Shown here: positions 54,401 to 63,165 of the stretch, piece after piece
How positions within the stretch are numbered: the stretch's first letter is position 1
Layout of the letters: each line of letters opens with the position of its first letter
From: a virus
Length of the DNA stretch: 64,000 nt
IMG/VR virus record: IMGVR_UViG_3300045988_162372
Direction: 5' to 3' (one strand)
Notes under the pieces: generated by a model
Told to the model about the DNA's origin: nothing
Databases searched by the model: none
The model's input: only the letters and a program-made list of their open reading frames with translations
Translations under genes and position numbers: made by a program

Positions 54401-54660
54401 TTGGCGATATATGGTAATTCGTATTTCAGGTATTGACTTCCACGGAACTTTTCAGGATTAGTTCCACCGAAATATGTAGTAAACTGTCTCCAATTCTCAA
54501 TTGCAAAAGGTTGAAATGCAGGCCCTTTAACAGTTTCACCTACCAATCCAAGAGTGGTGATACCAAGTGACTTGGAAGCGTAGGTAAGATCTGTTTCTTT
54601 GGTATATATACCAGGACTAACATGTACACCTCTCACGCTATTGCTATTGTTATTTGCCAT
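51436..54660 (-). CDS. tail sheath protein (unusually long, 1074 aa)
   Basis: The N-terminal GVHVSPGIYTKETDLTY and C-terminal GRINFVNTFAQDGMRIWGDKNL match conserved sheath-family terminal motifs (pGVy..e.d ... iN.i.....G..iwG.rTl). Confidence 0.8.
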   Translation of the reverse strand: MANNNSNSVRGVHVSPGIYTKETDLTYASKSLGITTLGLVGETVKGPAFQPFAIENWRQFTTYFGGTNPEKFRGSQYLKYELPYIAKSYLQQSDQLQVVRVLGLSGVNAGPAWIITAGATDSEDKTYDNMVVAVLRSRGEHKKAAFLRAKQPEIGICEDEYEYDKIQYYATDVKLEPSKTLTLGLDCNPGYTPSENSFNVNVTNYGTFTIVVKRFDGVEKRYSVTLNKNEKNYIYNVIGGDPEVGDAEIYVEELYDVALQQLIERGLITEINNCTKFYPVTRIIPKHASVDAILTDDESTLQRRDVGKRFLYSAAESVNDKDNTTPLTVHISRNNGRSWSSTNGKPGHIYTVVAYTTSDGTREYYYGEYQNAEGDDQTTGNYQTEYLSGKSTIKNEIFEDAVEVLEDGLYYVMKDDDSDIEPITLDMNNYKEQYRCASTPWIVSEMKGSAEHVELTKLFRFHTISDGDNANTEVKVSIQNIDPENGTFDVIVRSFYDTDASQSVLERYTQCDLIPGSSNYIALKIGSYDEQYEAVSNYITVEVNETDKTKVSIPAGFLGYPIRNYKGISRIAALDSNSQFYASTVHCTEDPVQPYFQYNTTVDDDIRINRQYFGISDITGIDEDILKYKGVEAYNGEPEGLSPCFHLDARILNGVPNEAGVITDEQGNTQTVTVDTISGYTWVTVNKNVTTSMGIEPRIGDEDTMVNTIYEDKRYRKFTVAFYGGWDGWDYYRTSKSIGDDFRYQKYRGNLNTISGEGTYFSVLKEPEKYNFDVADKCLNSDYYAYLYGARLFSNPKEIDINVLATPGIDYVNNPTLVGEVIDMVENERADSVYVVTTPDKPFGAGDTESEMYTPDDAVYNLEDADIDSNYTCTYYPNVKYFDSDNNVYVFLPPTKDVVRNFAYTDNIAFPWYAASGWNRGSIDGVKPKKMLKLDDQDTLYNGRINFVNTFAQDGMRIWGDKNLQVRESQMNRISKRRLLLRIRKLCSIACIGLIFDPNDNTTKQSFESAITPILDNIMSNRGITDWRLEIDDSVEAREQLRLPAKIYIKPTPTLEYIELEFVITPQGTVWEDA

Positions 54661-54684
54661 CTATAATCAGATTTTATCGTATTA

Positions 54685-54704
54685 TTAGTTATTTATAAAT
54701 ATCA
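54685..54704 (-). promoter_or_regulatory. TGATATTTAT box (candidate late promoter) upstream of the sheath gene
   Basis: The minus strand reads TGATATTTATAAATAACTAA, starting 44 nt before the ATG. Confidence 0.4.
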
Positions 54705-54743
54705 TTAAAAATACCAAAGTGAGATATTTATAATATAGAATAG

Positions 54744-55166
54744 TTATCTAAAATCAAATATATTATTAAGGTTATCAATATCTTGGATTGTCAAGTTTAT
54801 TTTGTTGTTTTTCACTACTTTTTCAATATTAATATTATCCTCTACATCAATAGTTATTTCGCTATCAAATACAGAAGAATATAATATCTTTTGATTTTCA
54901 GTCATATTGTTAAAATCGACATTCTCTCCACAAATCATATTCAACCGTTGAAATACAAATTCTTCCATCTCTATTAATTGTTTATACAGTTTGTATAAAG
55001 CAAAAGCAAGATTCGCAGGAAGATTGATTTGTTGTGCAATAATCTTATCAATAGTCTTACTTAGATTAAACCCATATGAAATAGAAATAGTTTTCTGCAT
55101 ATAATATATAAATGTAATAACTTTATCACTAATTAAGATATTACAAAATAATAGGTTATTCAACAA
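54744..55166 (-). CDS. hypothetical protein
   Basis: 140-aa track ORF. Met23 (MQKTISISYGF, start 55100) is an alternative start that would remove the 11-nt overlap. Confidence 0.45.
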   Translation of the reverse strand: MLNNLLFCNILISDKVITFIYYMQKTISISYGFNLSKTIDKIIAQQINLPANLAFALYKLYKQLIEMEEFVFQRLNMICGENVDFNNMTENQKILYSSVFDSEITIDVEDNINIEKVVKNNKINLTIQDIDNLNNIFDFR

Positions 55167-56280
55167 TAATCTCTTCTGATTTCACAGGTTCATCATTTGC
55201 ATTTTCGGGAGTGTTTATTTTATCATATACAGTTGACGGATCATAACCAATGAATTTCAAAGATGACTTTTGGTTAACATCAAAATGTCTTACCCTTATC
55301 TTGATGTTATCTCCGTTTTTTACTTTAAATCCTTTGTCAATATAATAAGGTGTATCATTCACGGATAACCTTATTTTTCTTATATTTGTTTTTTCAATGG
55401 TTTCTATCACCATATCGGTATCAATTGTAAATTCTACCTTGTCATGGTATTCTTCAAAGTCTATAGATAGTTCCAAAGATTTATTTTCATAAACATCATC
55501 ATATTCGATAATATCAATTTTTGGCTTTGATTTATTGGTATCACCATCACCGAATAACATTATTCTTTTTGGTTTTTTCTCTACTTTGAAGTCATCTTTA
55601 TTAATAATATATGCCATTACTTTTATGACAAATGACTGCATAAAGAATTTACGTTCATCAACAGAATAAGTTGATTCATCATTTACTGAATCAATTACCA
55701 TAGGTATAAAATGGTCATTAGGACGAATATAACATTGCCTTGCACTGAATAGTTTGTTTATCTTCTGGTTGAATACATTTAGCATAGCAAATTTATCGGT
55801 AATAAAATTTATTCTATACATTAAATCAACAGCAAAAGGTTGTTTCATAGAATATATTTCATAGTGTTCAGTTCCATTATCATCCATTACGTTTCTAATC
55901 CTTAACGTGTAATATCTATCTCCTGGAATATTCCATAACCCCCCTTGATTATCGCCAGTTTCAGGATTATTATCTCTTGACACTGTTTTGAAATTCAATA
56001 ATAGGTTTCCGTTTTCATCAGTATGTTGCCATGATTGACTATATTCATTGAATCTTTGGTTTGAATACCAAGTAAAGGTAGGAATTTTCTTCCCATCAAA
56101 CTCAATATCTATCTTAGTATCCACAAATTCAAGTACAGCTTTGTCTATATCCTCATATTCCAAAGGTTTAGGAAAATAAGGCTCATTATGCATTATTTCT
56201 TTTGTATAGTTTTCACGTCTTTCTCGTCCAAATGCTTTTTCTCTATATTTGATAGGGGTTATGTATTTTTTAGGCTGCAT
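55156..56280 (-). CDS. hypothetical protein (probable tail/neck structural protein by position)
   Basis: 374-aa ORF two genes upstream of the sheath gene. No motif confidently recognised. Confidence 0.5.
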   Translation of the reverse strand: MQPKKYITPIKYREKAFGRERRENYTKEIMHNEPYFPKPLEYEDIDKAVLEFVDTKIDIEFDGKKIPTFTWYSNQRFNEYSQSWQHTDENGNLLLNFKTVSRDNNPETGDNQGGLWNIPGDRYYTLRIRNVMDDNGTEHYEIYSMKQPFAVDLMYRINFITDKFAMLNVFNQKINKLFSARQCYIRPNDHFIPMVIDSVNDESTYSVDERKFFMQSFVIKVMAYIINKDDFKVEKKPKRIMLFGDGDTNKSKPKIDIIEYDDVYENKSLELSIDFEEYHDKVEFTIDTDMVIETIEKTNIRKIRLSVNDTPYYIDKGFKVKNGDNIKIRVRHFDVNQKSSLKFIGYDPSTVYDKINTPENANDEPVKSEEIIVE

Positions 56281-56306
56281 ACTTTAATGTTGTTAATTTT
56301 AATATA

Positions 56307-56828
56307 TTATATTCCATCAAATTCATCTCTCGTCACTGGCGCGCACTCAATTACAAGCCACGGAGATTTATAAGCACCAACAACCATATTGTTCGCATTA
56401 TTTATCTTTCCGTCACTTATGACAGAAAAATAATACATGTCATTTGTATCATTCAATACACCAATATAATCACCTCTTTTAATATCACATTTATATGTTT
56501 TTAAAGTATTTTTTAATATATATACGGTAAGATTTCCACTTAACATATATACACCGCTTGATGTTTTATCATCAAACGTCTTTGTTTGAGCTTCTTTTAT
56601 TTCATATAAACAAGGCAATTCTTTTGGAGGTTTAAACCTTATATTCCTTTTATTCGGTGTTTCGTGGTATATGTCATTTGTATTTGTTTTTATTCTATCA
56701 ACTTCATATAACACAATCGTCTGATTAGTATCTTCTTCCATATAGTCAGATAGCAATTCAGTTTCTAATTCATAATCCTCTTCGGAATAGAATAAATTAT
56801 TCCTATTTACTGGTGCATTTATTGGCAT
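56307..56828 (-). CDS. hypothetical protein (probable structural protein by position)
   Basis: 173-aa ORF, the first gene of the minus-strand unit leading to the sheath. It is preceded by the ACTATTTATATA box. Confidence 0.5.
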   Translation of the reverse strand: MPINAPVNRNNLFYSEEDYELETELLSDYMEEDTNQTIVLYEVDRIKTNTNDIYHETPNKRNIRFKPPKELPCLYEIKEAQTKTFDDKTSSGVYMLSGNLTVYILKNTLKTYKCDIKRGDYIGVLNDTNDMYYFSVISDGKINNANNMVVGAYKSPWLVIECAPVTRDEFDGI

Positions 56829-56842
56829 GATTAATAACTTTT

Positions 56843-56854
56843 TATATAAATAGT
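56843..56854 (-). promoter_or_regulatory. ACTATTTATATA box (candidate phage-specific promoter) upstream of 56307..56828
   Basis: The plus-strand 12-mer TATATAAATAGT is identical to the copies at 16792 and 63103. It ends 14 nt before the ATG and abuts the -33 element of the divergent host-type promoter. Confidence 0.4.
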
Positions 56855-56885
56855 TTTGCTTTTACTATACAAAATAGTATATTTG
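56855..56885 (+). promoter_or_regulatory. Bacteroidota sigmaA-type promoter for the SNF2 helicase gene
   Basis: TTTG is at 56855..56858 and TATATTTG at 56878..56885, 19 nt apart, 21 nt before the ATG. Confidence 0.7.
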
Positions 56886-56906
56886 CAAAAATAATATTTT
56901 ATATAA

Positions 56907-58754
56907 ATGGGTGAGCAATTAAGTATCAGAAAGATTAAAAAAGCATACGATATATTAAAATTTTACAACGGAGATAATAATCAAATTCTTCTTTATCAGA
57001 ATGAATATAAGAATGGAAGTTTTGTGTTGAATGATTTTTCGTACAAATATATTACTTCCAATCAAGATTACACACCGTTACAGATAAATAAAACAATTCG
57101 CATATCCTCTGATTACGGCAACATATTAAAAGAAAAATACAATATAGATTTTATTCCAAACAAGGTAAAAATCACTAAGATAATAGGGGAAATGAATAAC
57201 AGTTATCATTGCTATGTGCAATATAGACAAAGTATCCCCCCTCAACTTATGTATGTGAATAAAAATTACATCATAGATAAACTATTTGATAATAAAACAG
57301 ATTCTTATGAGAATATAGATTTTGATAAATACGATAAATTAGCCGAAAAAAATGGTAGAAAACTAAAACCTCACCAAAAAGAAGCTATAAGATTCCTTCT
57401 TACCAATAAAAAATGTATTTTAGCTGATTCAATGGGTCTTGGGAAAACACTAGATACAATTGTTGCGGCTTTGGAAGGTGGTTTCAAACATATACTTGTA
57501 ATTACGACTGCATCTGTAAAAAGTACATGGAAAAAAGAAATATCTTATTATGAAGATGAAGATAACATTGCAATAATGAGCGGTTCTAAATGGGTAAATG
57601 CAAAGAAATTTACTATAACAAACTATGATATAGTACAAAATTTCTATCAAGTTCCATATGAAGCAGTTGAAGAACTCGATGAAAATGGAGAAGTGATTGT
57701 AAAACTTAGAAAATCACAAAAAAAGGAAGTAATAAACGAAAGTTTAATGAAAAGCCCTTTATTCCAAGAACATTTTGATTGTGTAATTATTGATGAAGCA
57801 CAAAAATTATCAAATAAAACCTCAATAAGATATAAGACAATTTATGATTTTCTTCATAGAGCTAAACCAGAAGCAGTTTTTTTAGTCACTGGAACTCCTT
57901 TGACAAATAAGCCCATTAATCTTTATAATATATTATGTCTTATAGATGCTGATATTACAAAAGATTATAATTATTATTGTATGAGATACTGCGATGGCCG
58001 TAAAATGAAACTAAGAACAGGAAAAATAATCTTGCTTAATAACGGAGCAAGCCATTTGGATGAATTAAGAGAAAAAATTAAACATTTATATATAAGAAGG
58101 TTACAATCTGAAACAAATGGAATGGTTAGTAAAACAGTATTAACAAAAGAATATGATTTAAATGAACAACAAAAAGAAATATATAATACATTATGGGATA
58201 ATTACTTACAAGCCAAGAAAGAATTAGGTGTTGATGATGCAGAAAAATACAAAGATCTAGTGGAAGGTATAATTGTAAGGCAGTATTTGGCTAAAGAAAT
58301 GATACCTAATACTATTGAATTGACCGATGACCAAATAAATTATGGCGAAAAAGTAATTATTGTATGTACATTCCAAGAAGAAATTGATATACTGAAAGAA
58401 CATTACGGAAGAAAAGCTGTTGTTTATAACGGTAAGATGACGGCCAAAGCAAAAGATAAAGCCGTTGATAGTTTTATGAATAATCCTAATACAACAGTAT
58501 TTATTTGTAATTTAACCGCCGCAAGTGTAGGTATTACATTAACAGCATCTCATTACATTATATTTAATTCATATTCATGGGTAAGTGCTGACAATAAACA
58601 GATGGAGGATAGAATTTATCGCTTAACACAAGATAAAGATGTGACTTGTGTATATCAAATGTTTACGGATTCTATTTCAAAAGAAATGTATGATATTGTT
58701 AAAAATAAAGAGCTGATAGCCGAAGAAGTTATCAAGACTGAAAAGGACAAATAA
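56907..58754 (+). CDS. SNF2-family DNA helicase/translocase
   Basis: Motif I ILADSMGLGKTL, motif II VIIDEAQKLSN, motif III LVTGTPLTNKPINLYN, and helicase-C motifs FICNLTAASVGITLTASHYIIFNSYSW...QMEDRIYRLTQ. Confidence 0.85.
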   Translation: MGEQLSIRKIKKAYDILKFYNGDNNQILLYQNEYKNGSFVLNDFSYKYITSNQDYTPLQINKTIRISSDYGNILKEKYNIDFIPNKVKITKIIGEMNNSYHCYVQYRQSIPPQLMYVNKNYIIDKLFDNKTDSYENIDFDKYDKLAEKNGRKLKPHQKEAIRFLLTNKKCILADSMGLGKTLDTIVAALEGGFKHILVITTASVKSTWKKEISYYEDEDNIAIMSGSKWVNAKKFTITNYDIVQNFYQVPYEAVEELDENGEVIVKLRKSQKKEVINESLMKSPLFQEHFDCVIIDEAQKLSNKTSIRYKTIYDFLHRAKPEAVFLVTGTPLTNKPINLYNILCLIDADITKDYNYYCMRYCDGRKMKLRTGKIILLNNGASHLDELREKIKHLYIRRLQSETNGMVSKTVLTKEYDLNEQQKEIYNTLWDNYLQAKKELGVDDAEKYKDLVEGIIVRQYLAKEMIPNTIELTDDQINYGEKVIIVCTFQEEIDILKEHYGRKAVVYNGKMTAKAKDKAVDSFMNNPNTTVFICNLTAASVGITLTASHYIIFNSYSWVSADNKQMEDRIYRLTQDKDVTCVYQMFTDSISKEMYDIVKNKELIAEEVIKTEKDK

Positions 58755-58794
58755 CATTTTGAAATATTAAAGTTAATAAGAATAGAATAATCAT

Positions 58795-58813
58795 ACTATT
58801 TATTATATATAAA
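58795..58813 (+). promoter_or_regulatory. ACTATTTAT-TATATATAAA box upstream of the second endonuclease-like gene
   Basis: The plus strand reads ACTATTTATTATATATAAA, ending 10 nt before the ATG. It is a one-base-insertion variant of the minus-strand box. No TAnnTTTG promoter is present here. Confidence 0.35.
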
Positions 58814-58823
58814 GTCAATAACT

Positions 58824-59960
58824 ATGAATACTGAAGAGTTTATAAGAAGAGCGAAAATAATCCACGGTGATAAATATGATTATTCAAAAACAAAATATGT
58901 AAATACCCAAACAAAGGTTTGCATTATTTGTCCAATTCACGGGGAATTCTGGCAGAGATATAGTGATCATTTATATGGAAGAGGGTGCAAAAAATGTATG
59001 GCGGAAAAATTAAGGAATGACAATTCGTTATCCCAAGAAGAGTTTATAAGAAAAGCAAGAGAGGTACATGGTGATAAGTATGATTATTCGAAAGTAATTT
59101 ATAATGGTAATAAAAAGAAAATATGCATTATTTGCCCCATACACGGAGAGTTTTGGCAAATAGCAGGTAATCATTTACGTGGCTATGGATGCCAAAAATG
59201 TGTCAGAAGTATATATGATACTGAAAGTTTTACATATAAAGCAAACATAACACATCATAATAAATATGATTATTCAAAGGTAAAATACGAAGAATATGAT
59301 AAGCCAGTGTGTATTATTTGTCATAAAAAAGATGAAAATGGAATCGAACACGGAGAATTTTGGCAAACACCACATGGACACACACAAGGTAATGGATGCC
59401 CAAAATGTGCGATTGAAGGAATACAACTGCAACACAGAATGACAACCCAAGAATTTATTAAAAAAGCAGAAGAAGTACACGGTGATAAGTATGATTATTC
59501 GAAAGTCGAATATGTAAATTGTAATACACCGATATGTATTATTTGCCCCATACACGGAGAGTTTTGGCAAAAACCTCACAATCATTTAACAGGTAGTGGA
59601 TGTATACTATGTAACGAGAGTAGGTGTGAGACAAAAGTTAGAAAAATATTATTATCTAATGATATTCATTTTGAGTATCAAAAAAGATTTAATTGGTTAG
59701 GAAAACAATCATTGGATTTCTATTTGCCTGATTATAATATTGCAATTGAATGTCAAGGTGTACAACACTTTAAACCTGTTAGTCATTTTGGAGGAATACT
59801 GGCATTTCACAAACAATATAAAAAAGACAAAATAAAATGGTCTTTATGTGAAGAACATAATATAAAAATTTTATATTATACCATAAATAAAGAAATATTA
59901 AATTCTTCAGTTATAAGAAATGAAAATGATTTATTGAAAGAAATATGGAAGAGAAAATAA
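58824..59960 (+). CDS. free-standing homing-endonuclease-like protein: four zinc-ribbon repeats plus a Vsr/DUF559-type nuclease core
   Basis: Four repeats of HGDKYDYSKVxYxxxxxxICIICPIHGEFWQxxxxHLxGxGCxKC are followed by LDFYLPDYNIAIECQGVQHF. It is a paralog of 49963..51417. Confidence 0.65.
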   Translation: MNTEEFIRRAKIIHGDKYDYSKTKYVNTQTKVCIICPIHGEFWQRYSDHLYGRGCKKCMAEKLRNDNSLSQEEFIRKAREVHGDKYDYSKVIYNGNKKKICIICPIHGEFWQIAGNHLRGYGCQKCVRSIYDTESFTYKANITHHNKYDYSKVKYEEYDKPVCIICHKKDENGIEHGEFWQTPHGHTQGNGCPKCAIEGIQLQHRMTTQEFIKKAEEVHGDKYDYSKVEYVNCNTPICIICPIHGEFWQKPHNHLTGSGCILCNESRCETKVRKILLSNDIHFEYQKRFNWLGKQSLDFYLPDYNIAIECQGVQHFKPVSHFGGILAFHKQYKKDKIKWSLCEEHNIKILYYTINKEILNSSVIRNENDLLKEIWKRK

Positions 59961-60517
59961 AAAATAATAGATTTGTGGCAATTGATTTCGAGACACTTGA
60001 GTGTTGGAGAGCATCTGTTATAAGCATAGGTATTGTTATCATTGAAAACAACCAAATTGTTGATAGTTATTACACAAAGGTTTGCCCTCCTACGCAAATG
60101 GAATCATATCATTGTGTAAAAATACATGGGCTTCATTACAAAGATGTGAAAAACTATCCAAAATTTGATGAAATATGGGAAAAGATTGATAGAGAATACA
60201 TAAAAGGTAGTCCTATCATTGCGCATAATGTAGGCTTTGAAAAAAGTTGCATCAATGAATGCGGAGATTTCTTTGGAACAAATACTGATTATGTATATTA
60301 CGATACATTGAATATGTCTCGTAAGTATATTAATAAGCTTGAAAATTATAAACTTGACACAGTTTCAAAATTTGTGCATCATAAATTAAACCACCACCAC
60401 AATGCGTTGGAAGATGCAAAAGCTTGTGCTGCAATATTTATTTATTTAAATAAAAAACATACTACATTGGTAGAAGACTATGACAGAAACAGAAATAGAA
60501 GAAAAAAAACAAATTGA
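59945..60517 (+). CDS. DnaQ-like 3'-5' exonuclease (DEDDh)
   Basis: ExoI FVAIDFETLE, ExoII IIAHNVGFEKSCI, ExoIII HHNALEDAKACAAIF. Its start overlaps the end of the endonuclease-like gene by 16 nt. Confidence 0.8.
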   Translation: MEEKIKNNRFVAIDFETLECWRASVISIGIVIIENNQIVDSYYTKVCPPTQMESYHCVKIHGLHYKDVKNYPKFDEIWEKIDREYIKGSPIIAHNVGFEKSCINECGDFFGTNTDYVYYDTLNMSRKYINKLENYKLDTVSKFVHHKLNHHHNALEDAKACAAIFIYLNKKHTTLVEDYDRNRNRRKKTN

Positions 60518-60938
60518 TGATTTGGATTTTTTGGATATGTCCGAGTACAAGGTAGTGTATATTATATACGTTGGAAAAGATGTAGATGATAAAAATATTT
60601 ACCAATTCATATTATCCAACAATCCTGATGATGTATTTTCTGAAGGATGGGGTGAAAAACCTGCGTCCAATATACCTAAATCAATATTAATGATTGATGA
60701 GGATATGTATGAATACGTGAAAGAGTTAAAAACGGATATGATGTTGGACTTAGCACAAGATAATTCCTGTTTTTCAATGCAAGACGCAAGAGATAATATT
60801 GTTGCTCTTGCTTATGAGAATATTGACAATTATGAAGAATACCCAGAGGAAGGTAGAATAGTAATACATTTTGGTGAAAGTATAGATGAAGTTGAGAAAA
60901 ATTTTGCCAAAAGAAATTTATTCTTGAAATTTGTATAA
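60480..60938 (+). CDS. hypothetical acidic protein
   Basis: 152-aa ORF. Met20 (MSEYKVVYIIYVG, 60537) is an alternative non-overlapping start. Confidence 0.45.
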   Translation: MTETEIEEKKQIDDLDFLDMSEYKVVYIIYVGKDVDDKNIYQFILSNNPDDVFSEGWGEKPASNIPKSILMIDEDMYEYVKELKTDMMLDLAQDNSCFSMQDARDNIVALAYENIDNYEEYPEEGRIVIHFGESIDEVEKNFAKRNLFLKFV

Positions 60939-60997
60939 TCATTATCCATCTTTATAAAAAGATAAACTGTAAAATAAAATTAATAAATTATTAAACA

Positions 60998-61609
60998 ATG
61001 GATAATAAAGCAACCTTTAAAATTGGAAAAAGTATATATTCTCCTGTGTTCTGTGATTATTCAGACAAAGAAATCGTAGACAAAATTGTTGATAGATTAG
61101 GCACATTTGCAAAAGATGTAACAGAAGAGCAATTCTATTTCACAAAAAAATTAGTAAGAGATGGTTGGCAAATTTGTGATTGTTATTATGGCGAGAAAGA
61201 CAAAACTAACAAATATATCTCAAAACTTAAAGCAAGGTTGAATTGGTTTAAATTCACAGGAATTAATAGCGATTATAACAAATGCACGGAAAAGATAATG
61301 GATGAAGAAATCATATCCAATAATGTTTCTGATTATGTCTTATATGTGAATTATGGAAATACAACCATATTCTTATATGATAATACATTGGAAGAGCCGA
61401 CTATGATAGGCACATTTCACTGTTATGATGATATCATAAGAAGTCTTAAACATATTAAGAGAAGCATCCCAGCAAAAGCTAAAATGTCATTCAATGTAAA
61501 TAGATATGTGGACACATTTGATGATAAAGAAAATCCTATATTGCAATCAGCTTTTGGAACAAAATATTATGAAATTGATTTTGATAGATTAAAACTTATT
61601 GCAATTTAA
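60998..61609 (+). CDS. hypothetical protein
   Basis: 203-aa ORF followed by a strong bidirectional terminator. Confidence 0.5.
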   Translation: MDNKATFKIGKSIYSPVFCDYSDKEIVDKIVDRLGTFAKDVTEEQFYFTKKLVRDGWQICDCYYGEKDKTNKYISKLKARLNWFKFTGINSDYNKCTEKIMDEEIISNNVSDYVLYVNYGNTTIFLYDNTLEEPTMIGTFHCYDDIIRSLKHIKRSIPAKAKMSFNVNRYVDTFDDKENPILQSAFGTKYYEIDFDRLKLIAI

Positions 61610-61620
61610 TAAAAATAATA

Positions 61621-61654
61621 ATAGCCGTTAGAAATTTAACAAACTAACGGCTAT
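61621..61654. terminator. bidirectional rho-independent terminator between convergent genes
   Basis: Perfect 11-bp arms ATAGCCGTTAG (61621..61631) / CTAACGGCTAT (61644..61654) with a 12-nt loop. T-rich tracts follow on both strands. Confidence 0.75.
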
Positions 61655-61660
61655 CCTATT

Positions 61661-61915
61661 TTAAAGTATTACTGAAATTACATAAATTATGACAGTAAAC
61701 AAAGAACCTAATAGAGTGGCAATAAAGTCTTTCTTGTCAAATACAGTATCAAACCATTTTTCTTTTGCAAACTCTAACAACATTGTGACAACAAATCCTA
61801 CTATCAGCCCAACCCATCCGAATAATCCACAAAGACAAGTTAAATAACCTCCAACAAGGAAATGGAGTATCTTGTCACTTCCAAATTTGTTAATTATATT
61901 ATCTATTAATTTCAT
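61661..61915 (-). CDS. small membrane protein (holin-like size and topology, function unproven)
   Basis: 84 aa with three hydrophobic segments (ILHFLVGGYLTCLCGLFGWVGLIVGFVVTMLL, FIATLLGSLFTVIIYVISVIL). Confidence 0.5.
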   Translation of the reverse strand: MKLIDNIINKFGSDKILHFLVGGYLTCLCGLFGWVGLIVGFVVTMLLEFAKEKWFDTVFDKKDFIATLLGSLFTVIIYVISVIL

Positions 61916-61936
61916 TATATTTTAATATTTTCATTA

Positions 61937-63085
61937 TTATATTACATACATACCAAGAGGAATACCTTTCTTCATTTCTAACATACTTTGTACCATTTCA
62001 GCTTGACGTTTCATTGTTTCATAAGGAGACATTCTTTGCAATCTTTGGTCAAGGTTTTGCATAATATTATCTTTTTCTCTTTGACCCATTGATATAAGTG
62101 TCTGATAATCAAGAGTTAATGGGCTACTTATCATATTTATATTACCTGAGAATTTTCCTCTTACCAATCCTAATGTTTCAGCAGCATGTGCAATAAGTAA
62201 TTGTCGTATGATAACTTTTGTTGGGGAATTAAATAAAGTATAATCCATTTTATCCAAAGGCACTTGGTCAGGAGTAAGCAATACATCAGGATTAGCCTTT
62301 CTACATTCATCAGCATTTGAAGGATTTACATCATAATATGTATACCAACAAACACAGTTATTAAGATTATACATATTTATTCCTGAACTACCAAAAGTTA
62401 ATTTACTTCCTGGTGTACTCATTAAATGAATTAAATGTGTACCATCAGGCCCTGCTGTTACCTTATATGTTAAATCACATCTAAAGAATTTATTTTTCTG
62501 TGCCATTGACGCACTGAGCAATGCAACATCATATAAGTTAAAAGCATAAGTTCCGACCCCCAATCCATAAGCAGTACCTACACCACCGAATGCAGCAGCA
62601 GAAGAAAATCCCATTTGTCCATAAACCCCCTCTCCAAACGGAGTGCCAAAACCACTATATGATGCAAATAAAGCAGCATCTGTTTCAGGTGGTGTAATCC
62701 ACAATACTTTATTAATTTCACGTCCAGCGGGAATTACATATACTTGTTTCCCTTTTTCCAATTTAAAGAAGTCCTTTTTTAATTCCCACGGCCCAGAATT
62801 TTGTAAACCCACTTGCTTGCTGAACCAATAGCTATAATCTTTTGAAATATCTAACGTTCTTACAGATAGAGCATAAGCAATATCAGTATTAGTTACATCC
62901 TTACCATATAGAGAAGCCCAGTTACTCTCTATAACAAAATTTTGGACTTTTTCAGCATAATCACCCACTGCAATTTCTAACAAATCGCATAATGCATTAT
63001 CAGTTAATTCAATTTTTCTTATCCCACCTGAAAGTTTTGAACGTACAAGTTTGAATAAGTGTTTTATTTCATCATCAATAACCAT
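61937..63085 (-). CDS. hypothetical protein (probable virion protein)
   Basis: 382-aa ORF preceded by the ACTATTTATATA box. Gly-rich middle (GFGTPFGEGVYGQMGFSSAAAFGGVGTAYGLGVG). No family recognised. Confidence 0.5.
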   Translation of the reverse strand: MVIDDEIKHLFKLVRSKLSGGIRKIELTDNALCDLLEIAVGDYAEKVQNFVIESNWASLYGKDVTNTDIAYALSVRTLDISKDYSYWFSKQVGLQNSGPWELKKDFFKLEKGKQVYVIPAGREINKVLWITPPETDAALFASYSGFGTPFGEGVYGQMGFSSAAAFGGVGTAYGLGVGTYAFNLYDVALLSASMAQKNKFFRCDLTYKVTAGPDGTHLIHLMSTPGSKLTFGSSGINMYNLNNCVCWYTYYDVNPSNADECRKANPDVLLTPDQVPLDKMDYTLFNSPTKVIIRQLLIAHAAETLGLVRGKFSGNINMISSPLTLDYQTLISMGQREKDNIMQNLDQRLQRMSPYETMKRQAEMVQSMLEMKKGIPLGMYVI

Positions 63086-63102
63086 TGCAATATATTAATT
63101 TA

Positions 63103-63114
63103 TATATAAATAGT
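63103..63114 (-). promoter_or_regulatory. ACTATTTATATA box (candidate phage-specific promoter) upstream of 61937..63085
   Basis: The plus-strand 12-mer TATATAAATAGT ends 17 nt before the ATG. Confidence 0.4.
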
Positions 63115-63165
63115 TCATCACTTCAATCATATTTATTAGAAATAAGATATAAAGTAATAATATCA

